From a virus, in the IMG/VR virus record IMGVR_UViG_3300049811_000081, positions 1 through 64,000 of that record: DNA of 64,000 nucleotides; one strand, given 5' to 3'. Both the position numbers and the translations under genes were made by a program. Within the stretch, counting starts at the first letter, position 1. Each line of letters begins with the position of its first letter. The notes under the pieces were generated by a model. That model did not search any database. It was not told the DNA's origin and was given only the letters and a program-made list of their open reading frames with translations. This document shows positions 30,231-41,673 of the stretch, in pieces.

Positions 30231-31304
30231 TTAATACAACCAAACTCACTACTAAATCTTAATGAATTTGCAATCATTTTCGCGTCAGATGGTTCAGGCA
30301 CAAATCTCTTAATCATGTCTTCATTCAACATACTCACCTGTTCTATTGTTTTGGGGTTATCGCATATACCGATACCCTCATCGAGATACCACCCCTTGTC
30401 TCTCCACCATCGGCATGTCCGACAACGATTAAATGTGTTGTTTTCCATTTTTTTAACTTTATTATTTTGATAACGGCGGGTAGTCATTAAATGTCCACCC
30501 CTCTTTTTTCAATTTTTCAATATTTTCTGTGGTTATTATGTTATCGTGTTTTGTGCTATAACTGTCTCCAAGTCCTCCATAAACAAAATAACCACTAGAT
30601 AGATAATCTTTGATTTTTTCAATTTTTTCTTTTGTGTTTCTCCATAGGTGCTTTCTATATGTTTCATCTTCCTTATCTAACTCAACATAATACCCCTGTA
30701 TGTAACCATAATTGTTTGATGGGGTGATATTGAGATATTTTTCATGGGTTATTTTCATTTTTTCTGCCCACTCGATGTTATTATAATTTTCATCTAATTG
30801 TAGAAATACGTTTTCAACACAAAGACCAAGATCTTTCGCTTTTACTTGTATGGTGTCTTTATATTTTCTTCCCGCAAAAGTTGTTATTACCGTTTTATCT
30901 TTTGTTGTCCATTTGTGCTTTAAAATAAAGAGACGATTATTGTTTTCAATAAACTCCATTAACTTAGTTTTGGTCGTCTTTAATTCTTTCGATAATTCGG
31001 TTAATGTGACATAACTACACCCATTCGCCTTTTTAAGAAGATCAACAGTTTTTTTTACTTCATGTATATCCATTATATTATATTTGAAATCCTTCTGGAT
31101 ATTTTGGTGTTCTTGGATTTATTTCTCCACCTCCACTAATTGTGGATTTATCACATTTTTTACATTTAATGTTTGGTACGACATTGGTATGATAATATTG
31201 ATCATCATATCCGGCATCGTTTTTTTGTGTGTGACCACAAAACTCACATTCCATTATTGCGGAAAAATCTCTCCGATGTTGATAAGTAATTTCTTTAATG
31301 ATCA

Positions 31305-31697
31305 TTATTCTGTTTTTTTGGTTACTAATTCAGGATTATCATGAACGTTTCCCATCACTTCAAGATCACTTGGTTTTATTTCGACATTAAATTCTGCTCC
31401 ACCAAAAGTAAATTGACAATAATGTTGATTCCACACAACCTCATCATTTATATCTTCAAAAAAAACGGATTTAATTAGGTCTCCCTCATATATTTCTTTA
31501 CCGTTTTTATCAAGAAGTCCCGTGAATTGACCGATACTTTCAGGAACTACAGGTATAAACACATTCTCAAATCCCCATCTGTAATCATCATTAAATGCGT
31601 CATATACGATATAAGTCGCATCGTATCCTTTGACAAGATTTCCGTCTACCCACCTTCCGTTATCTACCCTTTTCCCCCTAAATTTTATTGTTCTCAT
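31305..31697 (-). CDS. YopX family protein
   Basis: GQFTGLLDKNGKEIYEGD..EVMGNVHDNPEL. Confidence 0.9.
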   Translation of the reverse strand: MRTIKFRGKRVDNGRWVDGNLVKGYDATYIVYDAFNDDYRWGFENVFIPVVPESIGQFTGLLDKNGKEIYEGDLIKSVFFEDINDEVVWNQHYCQFTFGGAEFNVEIKPSDLEVMGNVHDNPELVTKKTE

Positions 31698-32146
31698 TTT
31701 ATTTTATTGAAATGTTTTTCCACCACAATTTCGCCGAGACCCTCATCCATCAATGGAGTAACCATCACTTGATTAAAATGTTCTTCCGCCATGATTGGGT
31801 TACCCATCTCAACATGTATCTTTGTATGTGTCACTTGTTTGAAATGCTCTTCTACTTGACGAAAACTGTTGTTTAGATCTGTTTTGGGGATAGGTATCTC
31901 TTTATTGAGATGTTGTTCCACCATCCTCTTTATAAATTCTTGAATTTCGCCATATTCCATCGAATATTTATCATAAAAAATGTTCCAAACATGTCTATAT
32001 GAACACCATAAGATATCAGTTTTTAAATTCAATTCAAAATTGCAAATATCACCTTTGAAAAAAAATAGAAAATTAGGAAATCTATCAAAATCCATTCTAG
32101 TAGATAAACCAGACCATATCTCATTAAATGTTTCTTCTGGTGTCAT
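31694..32146 (-). CDS. FNEIWSGL family protein
   Basis: MTPEETFNEIWSGL..DFDRFP..FFFK; repeated VEEHF at the C-terminus. Confidence 0.6.
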   Translation of the reverse strand: MTPEETFNEIWSGLSTRMDFDRFPNFLFFFKGDICNFELNLKTDILWCSYRHVWNIFYDKYSMEYGEIQEFIKRMVEQHLNKEIPIPKTDLNNSFRQVEEHFKQVTHTKIHVEMGNPIMAEEHFNQVMVTPLMDEGLGEIVVEKHFNKIK

Positions 32147-32152
32147 GTTTTA

Positions 32153-32677
32153 TTAAAAATGTATTTTAAATCCTTGTTTTTTAAACTCTAACAAAGCCTC
32201 AGCATTTCCTTTTGCGTCATCAAGAGCATTGTGTGTATGTCTTGTTTTTCTGTAACGTCTTTTCCATTCTTGGTTTAAACCAGAATCCATTTTCATCCCA
32301 CAATAAATGTCACCAATTCTCCTACCAGAAAATCCAAATGGATTTGAACCAATGAAATAATGGAAGTACCAATTTATCCATTGCCAATCATACGCAAGAT
32401 TGTCAGAAATAAAAGTCGGTTTCCCCTTTGAATTATTTAAAATCCAATGGTTAAATCTGTGCATTTCTTCTTGGGGATCGTCGAAACCCATGTGTTCTTC
32501 CCTACTGAACCCACTAACAGATAATGCTTGGGGTATCCAATTATCGGATATCGGTTTTACCTTACTATAAAATGTTTTATCCAACGCATTATCTACGATA
32601 ACCGCACCGAAAGACACCATCGAATATTTGTGTGGTATTGGTCCGTCAGATTCAACATCAACTACTATATAACTCAT
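32153..32677 (-). CDS. DEDDh 3'-5' exonuclease
   Basis: VDVESDGP..YDW..HNALDDA. Confidence 0.85.
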   Translation of the reverse strand: MSYIVVDVESDGPIPHKYSMVSFGAVIVDNALDKTFYSKVKPISDNWIPQALSVSGFSREEHMGFDDPQEEMHRFNHWILNNSKGKPTFISDNLAYDWQWINWYFHYFIGSNPFGFSGRRIGDIYCGMKMDSGLNQEWKRRYRKTRHTHNALDDAKGNAEALLEFKKQGFKIHF

Positions 32678-33381
32678 TTTTGTTTTTCTTTTTTTATGAC
32701 TTTTTTAAGTTCTCCTTTTAGTCTTATTATTTCTTCTTTTAAATGATCCGCCTCTTGTTGTTTATAATAACCCTCCATTTCTAAATTCATCGCATCTCCT
32801 TCAACATATTCGAGTTCTTCATTTAATCTTTTAATTTCTTTTTTAAGAACCGTAGATTTTTTTATAGAACTCTTCTCCTTTTTCGTGGTCTTTTTCGTTT
32901 TCATAATTTATATTTACGGCTTCAATTATTTGTTGTTTTTCCATTTTTAAAAAAATAAACGCCTCTTCATCTGTTATTATACCCGAAGGTAGTTTTCTCA
33001 AAAGTTGGGTAAGTGCGGTATCTTTCTTATCCATATTTTATGGATTAATCAATATTGGGTTTAGATCATGTTGGTGACTTAATTTAATTGTTTTACCATA
33101 TATTCTTTTGGTGAAAAAACGTCATACCCTAACTCATTTAAACACTCCGTTAATGACTTTAAAGAAAATTGTCCCACAACATTTTTTCCGTTAGGTAACT
33201 CAATGATTATGGCAAAAGATGGTTTATCATCTACCGTTCCGTCTTTTTTATGGTGCAACTCAATAGGTCTCCCTTCAATAACATCATCAAGATGAGAGAC
33301 ATCAAGCGTATCAAATTCATGATCAAAGGTCTTTATAAACTTTCCCATGTGAATTTATTTTTGTCTAAAATAAGAATTTTT

Positions 33382-34185
33382 TTATAAAAAAAGTCTTTTT
33401 TGGATAAGTTGGACGTAATTTTCTTCTTTTTCAAATAAAATATAATTTCTATTATTGTTTTTGCAAGCAATCCCCGTTGTTCCACTACCCGCAAATGGAT
33501 CTAAAATGAGGTCTCCCTCATTTGTAAATGACTTCACGAAGAACTCAACCAACTTTTCGGGAAACGTTGCGGGATGATGTTGTTTGTCTGTGAATTGATT
33601 GGTTACATTATTAACATTTATAACATTGGATGGTCTGGACAGTTCCAAATTTCTGATATTCGTCGTATTCATTCCTGTCATTCCGCTACCATTCTTTGGT
33701 TTACCACATTGTTTTCTATATGTTCTTGCAATACTTTCTTCCTTGATTGGTGTTCCGCAAGCCAAAGGATTAAACGTGATGTCGTTTGGTGATGACTTAG
33801 TGAAATGATATATGGGTTCAAATCCATTTTTAAATCTTCCTTTCAGGGATCCAGGAAATGGATTTTTAGTCCAACAATATTCTTCAACAAAATAAAACCC
33901 CACTTGTCTCTTTAGTGAAGAAACCAAATCAAATACGTATAACGATCTCTCACCTTTATTGGTATGTGGTTTTATGTTTAGAAAAAAACTACCAGTGTTT
34001 TTCAACACTCGTTTAATTTCTTTTCCAAGAGGTAAAAACCAATCGACATAATGATCTTCATCTACTCCACCATAAGTTGTTTTTCTTCTTTGCGCATATG
34101 GTGGTGATGTAAATACCATATCTACGGTGTCATCAGGTATATCTTTAATTAAATCAAAACAGTCTCCTAATAATACATTATCCAT
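33382..34185 (-). CDS. DNA methyltransferase, beta class (SPPY; probably N4-cytosine)
   Basis: FTSPPY..HPATFP..DPFAGSGTT. Confidence 0.9.
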   Translation of the reverse strand: MDNVLLGDCFDLIKDIPDDTVDMVFTSPPYAQRRKTTYGGVDEDHYVDWFLPLGKEIKRVLKNTGSFFLNIKPHTNKGERSLYVFDLVSSLKRQVGFYFVEEYCWTKNPFPGSLKGRFKNGFEPIYHFTKSSPNDITFNPLACGTPIKEESIARTYRKQCGKPKNGSGMTGMNTTNIRNLELSRPSNVINVNNVTNQFTDKQHHPATFPEKLVEFFVKSFTNEGDLILDPFAGSGTTGIACKNNNRNYILFEKEENYVQLIQKRLFL

Positions 34186-34458
34186 TTTTATTTTCTCTTT
34201 CTTCTAATTTTATTAAATAATCTCTACACTTAGTTGCGGTTTCGTAATCTTCTTTTTCAATGGCTTTATTCATTATATCAAACAAGACATACTTCAGGAG
34301 TTCATCCGTGAGTAAATTATTGTTGTTATAAAAAGTTTGATACTCCCTGAATAAATTGTGATATAAATTCGTTAAATAATGTAGGTAAAATCCTACGATG
34401 AACACTAAGGACGAACATATAATCACTAAAATCAGATTTTCAGACATATGTAATAGAT

Positions 34459-34821
34459 TTAATCGTTATTGTTACCGTATTTCTTTTTAAGTTCTTCGTA
34501 CAGTTTTTTTTCCTCTTCTACTTTTTTGATCTCCACCATTTTTGTATGTTCTTTTAGTGCCTTCTCCAAACGCTTCCTAACTTTCATTTCTTCATCGGTT
34601 TCATACCTACATAAAGAAAAAGTGATGTTATATTCATCACAATCCGTGATTTGTATTTTATCATATTTCAGTTTTCGTTTTGAGATCTCCGATTTAATTT
34701 CCTTCTCGATCTTTTTTAAATTTAATATTACATCGTCTATAGTTCCTTGGATCACATCACGAAAATCGTGCATGAAATACTCATCCAACTCAACTAACTT
34801 TCTTTTATTATCTGTTTTCAT
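34459..34821 (-). CDS. Hypothetical protein, paralogue of the N-terminal part of 53956..54579
   Basis: ETDEE..EKKLYEELKKKYG vs ETDDE..ERKLYEELKLKYG. Confidence 0.5.
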   Translation of the reverse strand: MKTDNKRKLVELDEYFMHDFRDVIQGTIDDVILNLKKIEKEIKSEISKRKLKYDKIQITDCDEYNITFSLCRYETDEEMKVRKRLEKALKEHTKMVEIKKVEEEKKLYEELKKKYGNNND

Positions 34822-35323
34822 ATGATTTATTCAATTATTGCGTTTCTGTTTTCGTCAATGATGACGCTTTTTGCAAATCCCTGAAGAACCACCAGCGGTT
34901 GTTGTTTATTCCATTTTGTTTCAACAGGCACTTTACAATTTATGTTTTTAACGGGTATACATTGTCTATTCCAATGGATTGTGAGTTCTCCCGTAGATTT
35001 TCTAAAATGAAAAAAGAACCTTTTTTGTCTACTCATTGTGAGTTATGTTTTCATTTGATTTCTCCCCTTTCCAACCTTTATATTTAATCCAATTTCCTTG
35101 TGGGTGATCTTTACCGTCCCATTGTTCTAATGCTGCAATGGCTTCACCTAAGTTGGAAAAACAATATCTTCCCCCATATCCATATTCATCAATTTCAACA
35201 ACCAATCCATAAGTAAATAAAAATGGTAGAACCGCACATACTCCGACATTATCTATCTCTCTTGGATAAATATAACCATTTTCTTCCATTATTTTCTTAA
35301 GTGCTTCTGAAATTGCCATAATA

Positions 35324-35695
35324 TTATATTTTTTGTTGGAAAAATTCCTCAGTCTCCATTATATGTTTATGTATAGGTATGGTTGGATTAAAATATACTT
35401 CTATTCGACATGGATTACCTTGTTCAATAATTTGTGGAAAAACTGTTCTTAGACCAAAATATTGTTGTGTGTGATATTTTATTAAATCTCTGGTTTCAGC
35501 ATACCCCATACCATATTTCACATAAAAGATTTGCCATACGTTACGAAACGAACACCATAGATCTTCAGTAGGTAGAAACAATTCAAAATAAAATTTATTT
35601 TCTTTAAAGAAAAATAATGAATTGGGGAATTCTTCAAAATCTGTCTTAATCACCAATCCATTACAGATTTCTTTAAAATTTTCTTCTGGTGTCAT
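35324..35695 (-). CDS. FNEIWSGL family protein
   Basis: MTPEENFKEICNGL..DF..FP..FFFK..LWCS. Confidence 0.6.
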   Translation of the reverse strand: MTPEENFKEICNGLVIKTDFEEFPNSLFFFKENKFYFELFLPTEDLWCSFRNVWQIFYVKYGMGYAETRDLIKYHTQQYFGLRTVFPQIIEQGNPCRIEVYFNPTIPIHKHIMETEEFFQQKI

Positions 35696-35699
35696 TTTA

Positions 35700-36149
35700 T
35701 CAATTTAATCCAATCGAAACTCCGCATTGTGTATTAATACCTCTAGTGCCATATTGGGGTTCTAAGATAAACGCAAATCTGTGTCCGTCATCAACAGGAA
35801 TAACAAACCTTGTTCCAAATGATGCATAGAATTTACTAAATTGAACAACCCCAACGGTAGTTGTTATATAAATGTTTCTGTTTAATCTATACGTCGGTTT
35901 GATATACGCATCGATGCCATATTGATCGTCATCTAATAACTTATTATAATGAGATCGGTTTTCAATATACGCTCCCCCTAAAAAAATACCAAACGGTTTA
36001 TCTACCGGCCATAACCCCATCTCCAACCCAACACTGGCAAATTGTACATATCCCGTTACTGCCATAAAATTATTACGATCCATACAAATCTGTGATTTGA
36101 TTGAATACCCAAATAAAACAAACATCAGGATGAAAATTGATTTTTTCAT
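35700..36149 (-). CDS. Secreted, probable small outer-membrane beta-barrel protein
   Basis: Signal peptide, alternating aromatic/Gly beta-strands, terminal GVSIGLN. Confidence 0.45.
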   Translation of the reverse strand: MKKSIFILMFVLFGYSIKSQICMDRNNFMAVTGYVQFASVGLEMGLWPVDKPFGIFLGGAYIENRSHYNKLLDDDQYGIDAYIKPTYRLNRNIYITTTVGVVQFSKFYASFGTRFVIPVDDGHRFAFILEPQYGTRGINTQCGVSIGLN

Positions 36150-36526
36150 ATGAATTTTAATTTAAAATTAAAAAGTAGAGATTGTATTCTTTCTTTACCT
36201 ATTGGGTTCATAGAATGAACGTACACTATTGGGAATTCCTGCACTCCATTATCGATGATATAATCCACCAGCCACAAAGCACAATGATATCCATTTTTTT
36301 CATCGACATTATCATCATCGGAAACATAATGAATATCAGCCAAATCGTGATCAAATGATATGTGTGTTGGCATACCATTTTCATTTATGTATTGAACAAA
36401 TTGATCATAGCTTCTAACAATGACCCAATCATATAATCTATATTCCCTGCGTAAATCAACGGGGTACATATAATTACCAACCTCGTAAGGTTCACGAACA
36501 TCATCCAAAAATAACCTGTAACTCAT
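36146..36526 (-). CDS. Cyclic-phosphate-processing receiver (cREC) domain protein
   Basis: LFLDDVR..ISFDHDL..GY..VHSMNP.G. Confidence 0.8.
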   Translation of the reverse strand: MSYRLFLDDVREPYEVGNYMYPVDLRREYRLYDWVIVRSYDQFVQYINENGMPTHISFDHDLADIHYVSDDDNVDEKNGYHCALWLVDYIIDNGVQEFPIVYVHSMNPIGKERIQSLLFNFKLKFI

Positions 36527-37522
36527 ATTAATAATACCATCCCATTTTAAGTTTTTTAATTGGTGTTAATTGACTGGTGTAGTTTTTAAAGTTCTCCCAT
36601 TCACCCGCACAATTATAGACAACACGAACTTCTGTTAGTGAATTCTCAGGAATTTCTTTGACCACACCATTTTCAATCATTGTTTCATCACATCCCTCGA
36701 ATGGTACATAATGTACCTTGTCTCCAATTCTTAATTTCGATATATCAATCATATTTTTGTTTTATGATTTGAATATTAAATTCTTTGTTCCAAATCTATT
36801 TTTACTTCTTTCCAAAACATTATCCTTTCATCACAATGCCCAACCATGTCGTTAACAAACTTCAACTCTTCTATTAAGATCTTACAACATTCAATCGATG
36901 ACATTGTGGCCAAATGGTTATCACCTTCATGTTTAATTAAATATGTTTCTATCAATCCATTCGACATTTCCATTACTGACATCTTATTTCTATCCATGTT
37001 AAATCGTCGTTTTTAATGTGAATAAAAGTGGAGGTGGTTAATTACTTGTTTTAAAATCTATTTTAACTTCTGGTTCATGGTGTTTTTTGGGTTTTGATAT
37101 AACCAAACATTTGTTTATTTTACCTGTATTGGAATACCTTTCAGCGGTTCTATAAAGAGTATTCCTCCAATCAGGATTTAGGTTATGTAATGAGGTATGA
37201 ATGGAAGATATGTTTTCATCAATCACCTTCCTGTTATTCAAAACATTGTCATAATAATACCTATGCACACTTTCTGTTATTGCAGCCAATACAATCGGTG
37301 AATTTAGAATATGATCCTTCAATTTTTGTAATAAAATTTTTCTTTCGATATTTTCATTTTCCTCCCTGTTCTTATCAGTTACGTAATTATCGATAATCTG
37401 TGATTTCTGTTCTTCAATAAAATCAATCAGAACGTTGTGTTCGTTGATTAACGATTCACACAATTCGATTTGTGTATGAGGATCTTTATTTTCCATTGTT
37501 AATGATTTGTATGTTAAAAACC

Positions 37523-37554
37523 AATTAGGGTAGATTTAAATGTCTACCCTAATT
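37523..37554 (-). terminator. Hairpin / intrinsic terminator
   Basis: aattagggtaga...tctaccctaatt 12-bp stem in an intergenic gap. Confidence 0.6.
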
Positions 37555-39037
37555 ATTTGTCATTACAATAACCACATGATGTCTTTACGGTACATGGTCA
37601 AAAACAACATTGTTCAATTGTACCTTATCCCCCACGACTTTACCGTGTGAAAAACTCGCAACCAAAACCATGTTATTGAAATCAAGACGGATATTTTCTC
37701 CGTGATAATTCATATCATCATCACGGTTTTCAATATTCTTGAAATGTTTTTCAATTGCATATTTCGGATTTTTTTCACCGATAAATGTGAGAATGTGCTT
37801 AAGATTTTTCATTTCATTTATTTTAAAAAGTCATAACTGGTTTGTCGTTTCTGTCCATGAATTGTGTGGATTCATAGTGGAACTGATATGGAGATTGTTG
37901 ATCCGAATAGTTGTACAAAACAAAATAGGATGAACCTTTATAGTTTTTGTAGTACTGATCGAAGTAATCCATATTTGCCATGGTACAGAAATCAATTTTA
38001 CCACCCGCACTCTTGCCAAGAATATTCCTGTATTGCTTCCAAGCTTCTTTGTTTTTATGTAAAGTGCTAGGAAGTTCAAAAACTTGGTAATTATGACAAA
38101 TCCCGTGATAGATAATTCCAACACTAGTGAGCTTTTCGATATCATCCAATCCAATGAAATCGTCAGAACTCTCTTCTATGGTGAAACTGAGATCCCTTAA
38201 TGATTGAGACACCTTGGAGAACTCGTCAACAGGAATGGTCTTTCCATAATGATTGATGTCTTGGGCGGGATACTTATTTTTGTTCTTTTCAAAAATCTCA
38301 AAGTATTCCTCATACTTATAAACATCCTCCGGCAAAATGTTCTTCGCCTCAACATTTCTAACTATCCAACTGAAATATTGAAACTTGTGTTTCGCCACTT
38401 TAATAATTGACGAAACATCTTTGGTGGTAAACGTTTTGTCCTTACCAAAATGCTTCTTCAAAAATTTTTTAACGTGTGGATTTGACTTAAACTCGCTGTC
38501 CATGTTTTAAAATTTTTAGTTTTTGATTTTAACGATCATGATTAAATACAATTCTTCGGAACAAACTATTGTATAAATATAGTTATTTCTTTCTTCATTT
38601 ATCAAATACCCCTTTTCAATTTTTGCGTATCCGGTTTGGATCGATTTGTGGTAATCAACCACATCATTCAGATCTTTTAACCCAAATGTTTTATTGACTA
38701 AAGTATTGTCAACATCAATGTCGTATTTATCCAATCCTTCAATCATGTCATATATCGCAGAATTTAAGCCAACGGGTGTTGGTTTATAACATTTAGTCCA
38801 AACATCAGTCCCGTCAACATTGCTGAACAACCAAACGTTGTATTTAATTTCGTCTTTATTTAGACGTAAGGGTATTGCGTCTTTTATATCAAACTTTTTT
38901 GGTTGAGCAAATGAACCGACCCCAAACAAACATAACAACAATAACAAATGAAGTTTCATATTTAATATTTTTTCGAAAATACTAACAATATTCGAAATAA
39001 CAAAATAATTTTTGTATAATTTTTATTTTATTATATT

Positions 39038-39817
39038 TTAAGTATCAAATGTCATTTTTTCGAACCTTTTTAGGGTAATATCGAAAAATCTTTTCTCCTT
39101 TTCTATTCCGATTGATTTTCTTTTTAGTTTATGTGCTGCCAGGTTTGTCGTTCCTGACCCCATTGCGTTGTCTAAAATTAAATCCCCCTCATCTGTATAT
39201 GTTTTAATCAACATTTCTAATAATGCCATGGGTTTTTGTGTTGGGTGGATTGTCCCATCTAATTTTGTTTTTTGTTTATCGGAAGAAAATATTTGTACAC
39301 TTCTTGGATATCTATCTGTTTCACCACCACCACTAATGTCTTTATTGACTTTACCGTATATCTCCGTTTTATTACAAACCTCTTTCTTTTTTGTGTACTT
39401 GTTTACTGGTTTATGACCATACGTTTTTTGTGGATTAAATTTAGGTTGGTTCTTATAAAAGACCAAAATATTTTCGTGAGCTTTCATTGGCATTTTTTTG
39501 GCATTAAAATAACCAGTTGCTTGGGGTTTTTCCCAAATCCATTCATACCTTAACCAAGATAAATTTGAACAACCCAATACTTTATCAAATGGTGTTTGGG
39601 CAAACAATAAAATAACCCCGTTGTCTTTTATTATTCGTTTATAGTTCTCCCACAAAAGATCCAGATCTAAAATACTATCCCATTTACAGTTTGTTGTCCC
39701 GTAAGGTAAATCCGAAATAATTGCATCTATGGACTTATCTTCAATTTGTGAAAAATAATCAAAACAATCTCCATGAACTAAAGTAGTATTAATAAAATCT
39801 GTATTTTCAAAATACAT
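39038..39817 (-). CDS. DNA methyltransferase, beta class (probably N6-adenine)
   Basis: DLPYG..HENI..HPTQKP..DNAMGSGTT. Confidence 0.9.
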   Translation of the reverse strand: MYFENTDFINTTLVHGDCFDYFSQIEDKSIDAIISDLPYGTTNCKWDSILDLDLLWENYKRIIKDNGVILLFAQTPFDKVLGCSNLSWLRYEWIWEKPQATGYFNAKKMPMKAHENILVFYKNQPKFNPQKTYGHKPVNKYTKKKEVCNKTEIYGKVNKDISGGGETDRYPRSVQIFSSDKQKTKLDGTIHPTQKPMALLEMLIKTYTDEGDLILDNAMGSGTTNLAAHKLKRKSIGIEKEKRFFDITLKRFEKMTFDT

Positions 39818-39842
39818 ATGATACGATTAATATTTTAGAAAT

Positions 39843-40784
39843 TTAAATATATGTATAGTTCTTAAATTTTGCAGATTTTAACCTACCTTTTATTGTCATA
39901 GGATGAATATTAAGTTGTTTACTAGCCTCGTTAAGTGTTCTGTATTGAATGTTATCAACTATAAATGGTTTATTCCATACTCTTTGTTTACCTATTTGGG
40001 GTTTAGATAATCTTTCAAATTGTTCCTTATAGGTGTAACATTTTTTTATTTTTTCTTTAAAACGATAATTTATGTACTTTGGATTTTTACTTAAAACTCT
40101 CCATCGTATAGTGTTAGCACATATTGATAGTTTTTTAGATGCTTCACCATAAGATCTATATTCAACATCATCAATTATGATAGGTTTATTTTGTTTCCCA
40201 GCATACTTCCCCATTCTTAATTGTGATATTTTTTTCTTTGTTTCTTCTGAATGTTTTTTATTAAAAAAAGGATTATTTTCATTACTTCTTGGAACACACT
40301 TTTTACAATATGTGTGACCATATCCTATTCTTTTTCCGCATTTACAATATATGAAAGACTTTCCCCCTCTCCAATTTGGATTTTTTTCTAAAGGTTTTGA
40401 AAATATTTTCTTTTTTTCATCATCGGATAAACTATCTCTCCATCGTTTAGAACCGCTTTTTATGTTTTCAACAATTATTTTTTTATTTGGATTTTTGGAA
40501 AAATTGTCTCCTCCGCCAGCCTTTAAACCTATGTTATACTCTGGATTTGTATCAAGATATTTTTGTTCAATTTCAAATAATTCATTTTCCGAACACTCTT
40601 CAATTATCTCAAAAACGAAATTTTTTTCCCCGTATTTATTCCAAGCTCTCTGTAGTATTTGATTATCGTGAGTATTATTTTTTAATTGTTTATTGTGTGT
40701 TACCCATCTTTTATGGATATTTTTAGATGATCCGTAATAACTTTTTTGATTAATTAAATTTCTAATTCTATATACACCAACCAT
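39843..40784 (-). CDS. Free-standing GIY-YIG homing endonuclease with NUMOD3-type repeats
   Basis: GVYRI..YYGSS..R..H..E..YN; NPFFNKKHSEETKKKIS. Confidence 0.9.
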   Translation of the reverse strand: MVGVYRIRNLINQKSYYGSSKNIHKRWVTHNKQLKNNTHDNQILQRAWNKYGEKNFVFEIIEECSENELFEIEQKYLDTNPEYNIGLKAGGGDNFSKNPNKKIIVENIKSGSKRWRDSLSDDEKKKIFSKPLEKNPNWRGGKSFIYCKCGKRIGYGHTYCKKCVPRSNENNPFFNKKHSEETKKKISQLRMGKYAGKQNKPIIIDDVEYRSYGEASKKLSICANTIRWRVLSKNPKYINYRFKEKIKKCYTYKEQFERLSKPQIGKQRVWNKPFIVDNIQYRTLNEASKQLNIHPMTIKGRLKSAKFKNYTYI

Positions 40785-40791
40785 TTTTTCT

Positions 40792-40804
40792 TTATTATAA
40801 ATAT
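40792..40804 (-). promoter_or_regulatory. Candidate phage late-promoter motif ATATTTATAATAA
   Basis: Same motif upstream of 52803 (+, 52779-52791) and near-identical upstream of 63485 (63488-63498). Confidence 0.45.
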
Positions 40805-40842
40805 CATCATAACAAAGAAAGTTGAATGGTAGTCCTAAAAAA

Positions 40843-41673
40843 TTATATTGCCAATTCTAATTTAGAATTAATTTTAGTTATACCTTCAATACCGACAATT
40901 TCAAAATCATCGATGGTATATTGAAAAAAATCTTTTTTTTCTTTAAGTATTAGTTTAGGTTGTATATTGATTGGTTCTTTATTTAACAATTCAAACACAG
41001 CATCGAAATGTCTATCATAGATATGTAGATTTTGAACAAGGTGACAAAATTTCCCAACCTTATATCCACAATGTCCTGCCACCATCATTTGTAATGCTAG
41101 ATATTGTGTTTTATTTATCGCATTTGCAACTAAATAATCTGAGGATCTTTGTACTAATGTCATATCAAGCAAATACTCATTATTGATTTTTCTTATGGAG
41201 AATAAGGTTTCGTAAGCACAGGGGAATAGTCCTTTTGTTGACTTTAAATCATCATATTGATACATATTTATGATATGTCTTCTACTAAAGGGATCGTTAA
41301 TAAGATTAGTGAGTAATTCATTCATTAAATCATACTTTTTAATTGTTGCACCATATCTCTGACCTATCGTGTTATCACCAACATCCCATTCATCCCACCA
41401 ATTAATCCCCATTTCTCTAGCAATTTTTAATGATGAACTTTGTGTTTGATATATCCAAAAAATTTCTTTAATTCCTGTTTTTATTGCGGTATTTCTTAAT
41501 GTTGTGATTGGATATTCATCTTTTGAAATATCATATTCTTCAAAAACCCCTGTTATGTACTTTGAAGACGCCTTTGTTCCGTCAGAATATTTTGGTCTGG
41601 GGTTCTCATCCCAACAACCATCATTTATTATTTTTTTTAAATTTTCTAAATAATATTTATCCGCTTTATTCAT
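40843..41673 (-). CDS. thyA: Thymidylate synthase
   Basis: YG..SRR..PCAY..QRSSD..N..HIYDRH motifs; complete ORF. Confidence 0.95.
   Translation of the reverse strand: MNKADKYYLENLKKIINDGCWDENPRPKYSDGTKASSKYITGVFEEYDISKDEYPITTLRNTAIKTGIKEIFWIYQTQSSSLKIAREMGINWWDEWDVGDNTIGQRYGATIKKYDLMNELLTNLINDPFSRRHIINMYQYDDLKSTKGLFPCAYETLFSIRKINNEYLLDMTLVQRSSDYLVANAINKTQYLALQMMVAGHCGYKVGKFCHLVQNLHIYDRHFDAVFELLNKEPINIQPKLILKEKKDFFQYTIDDFEIVGIEGITKINSKLELAI

Noticed and set aside
39843-41673. Group I intron in thyA
   Set aside because: thyA is continuous with all motifs and a normal C-terminus; the endonuclease lies downstream of its stop codon.
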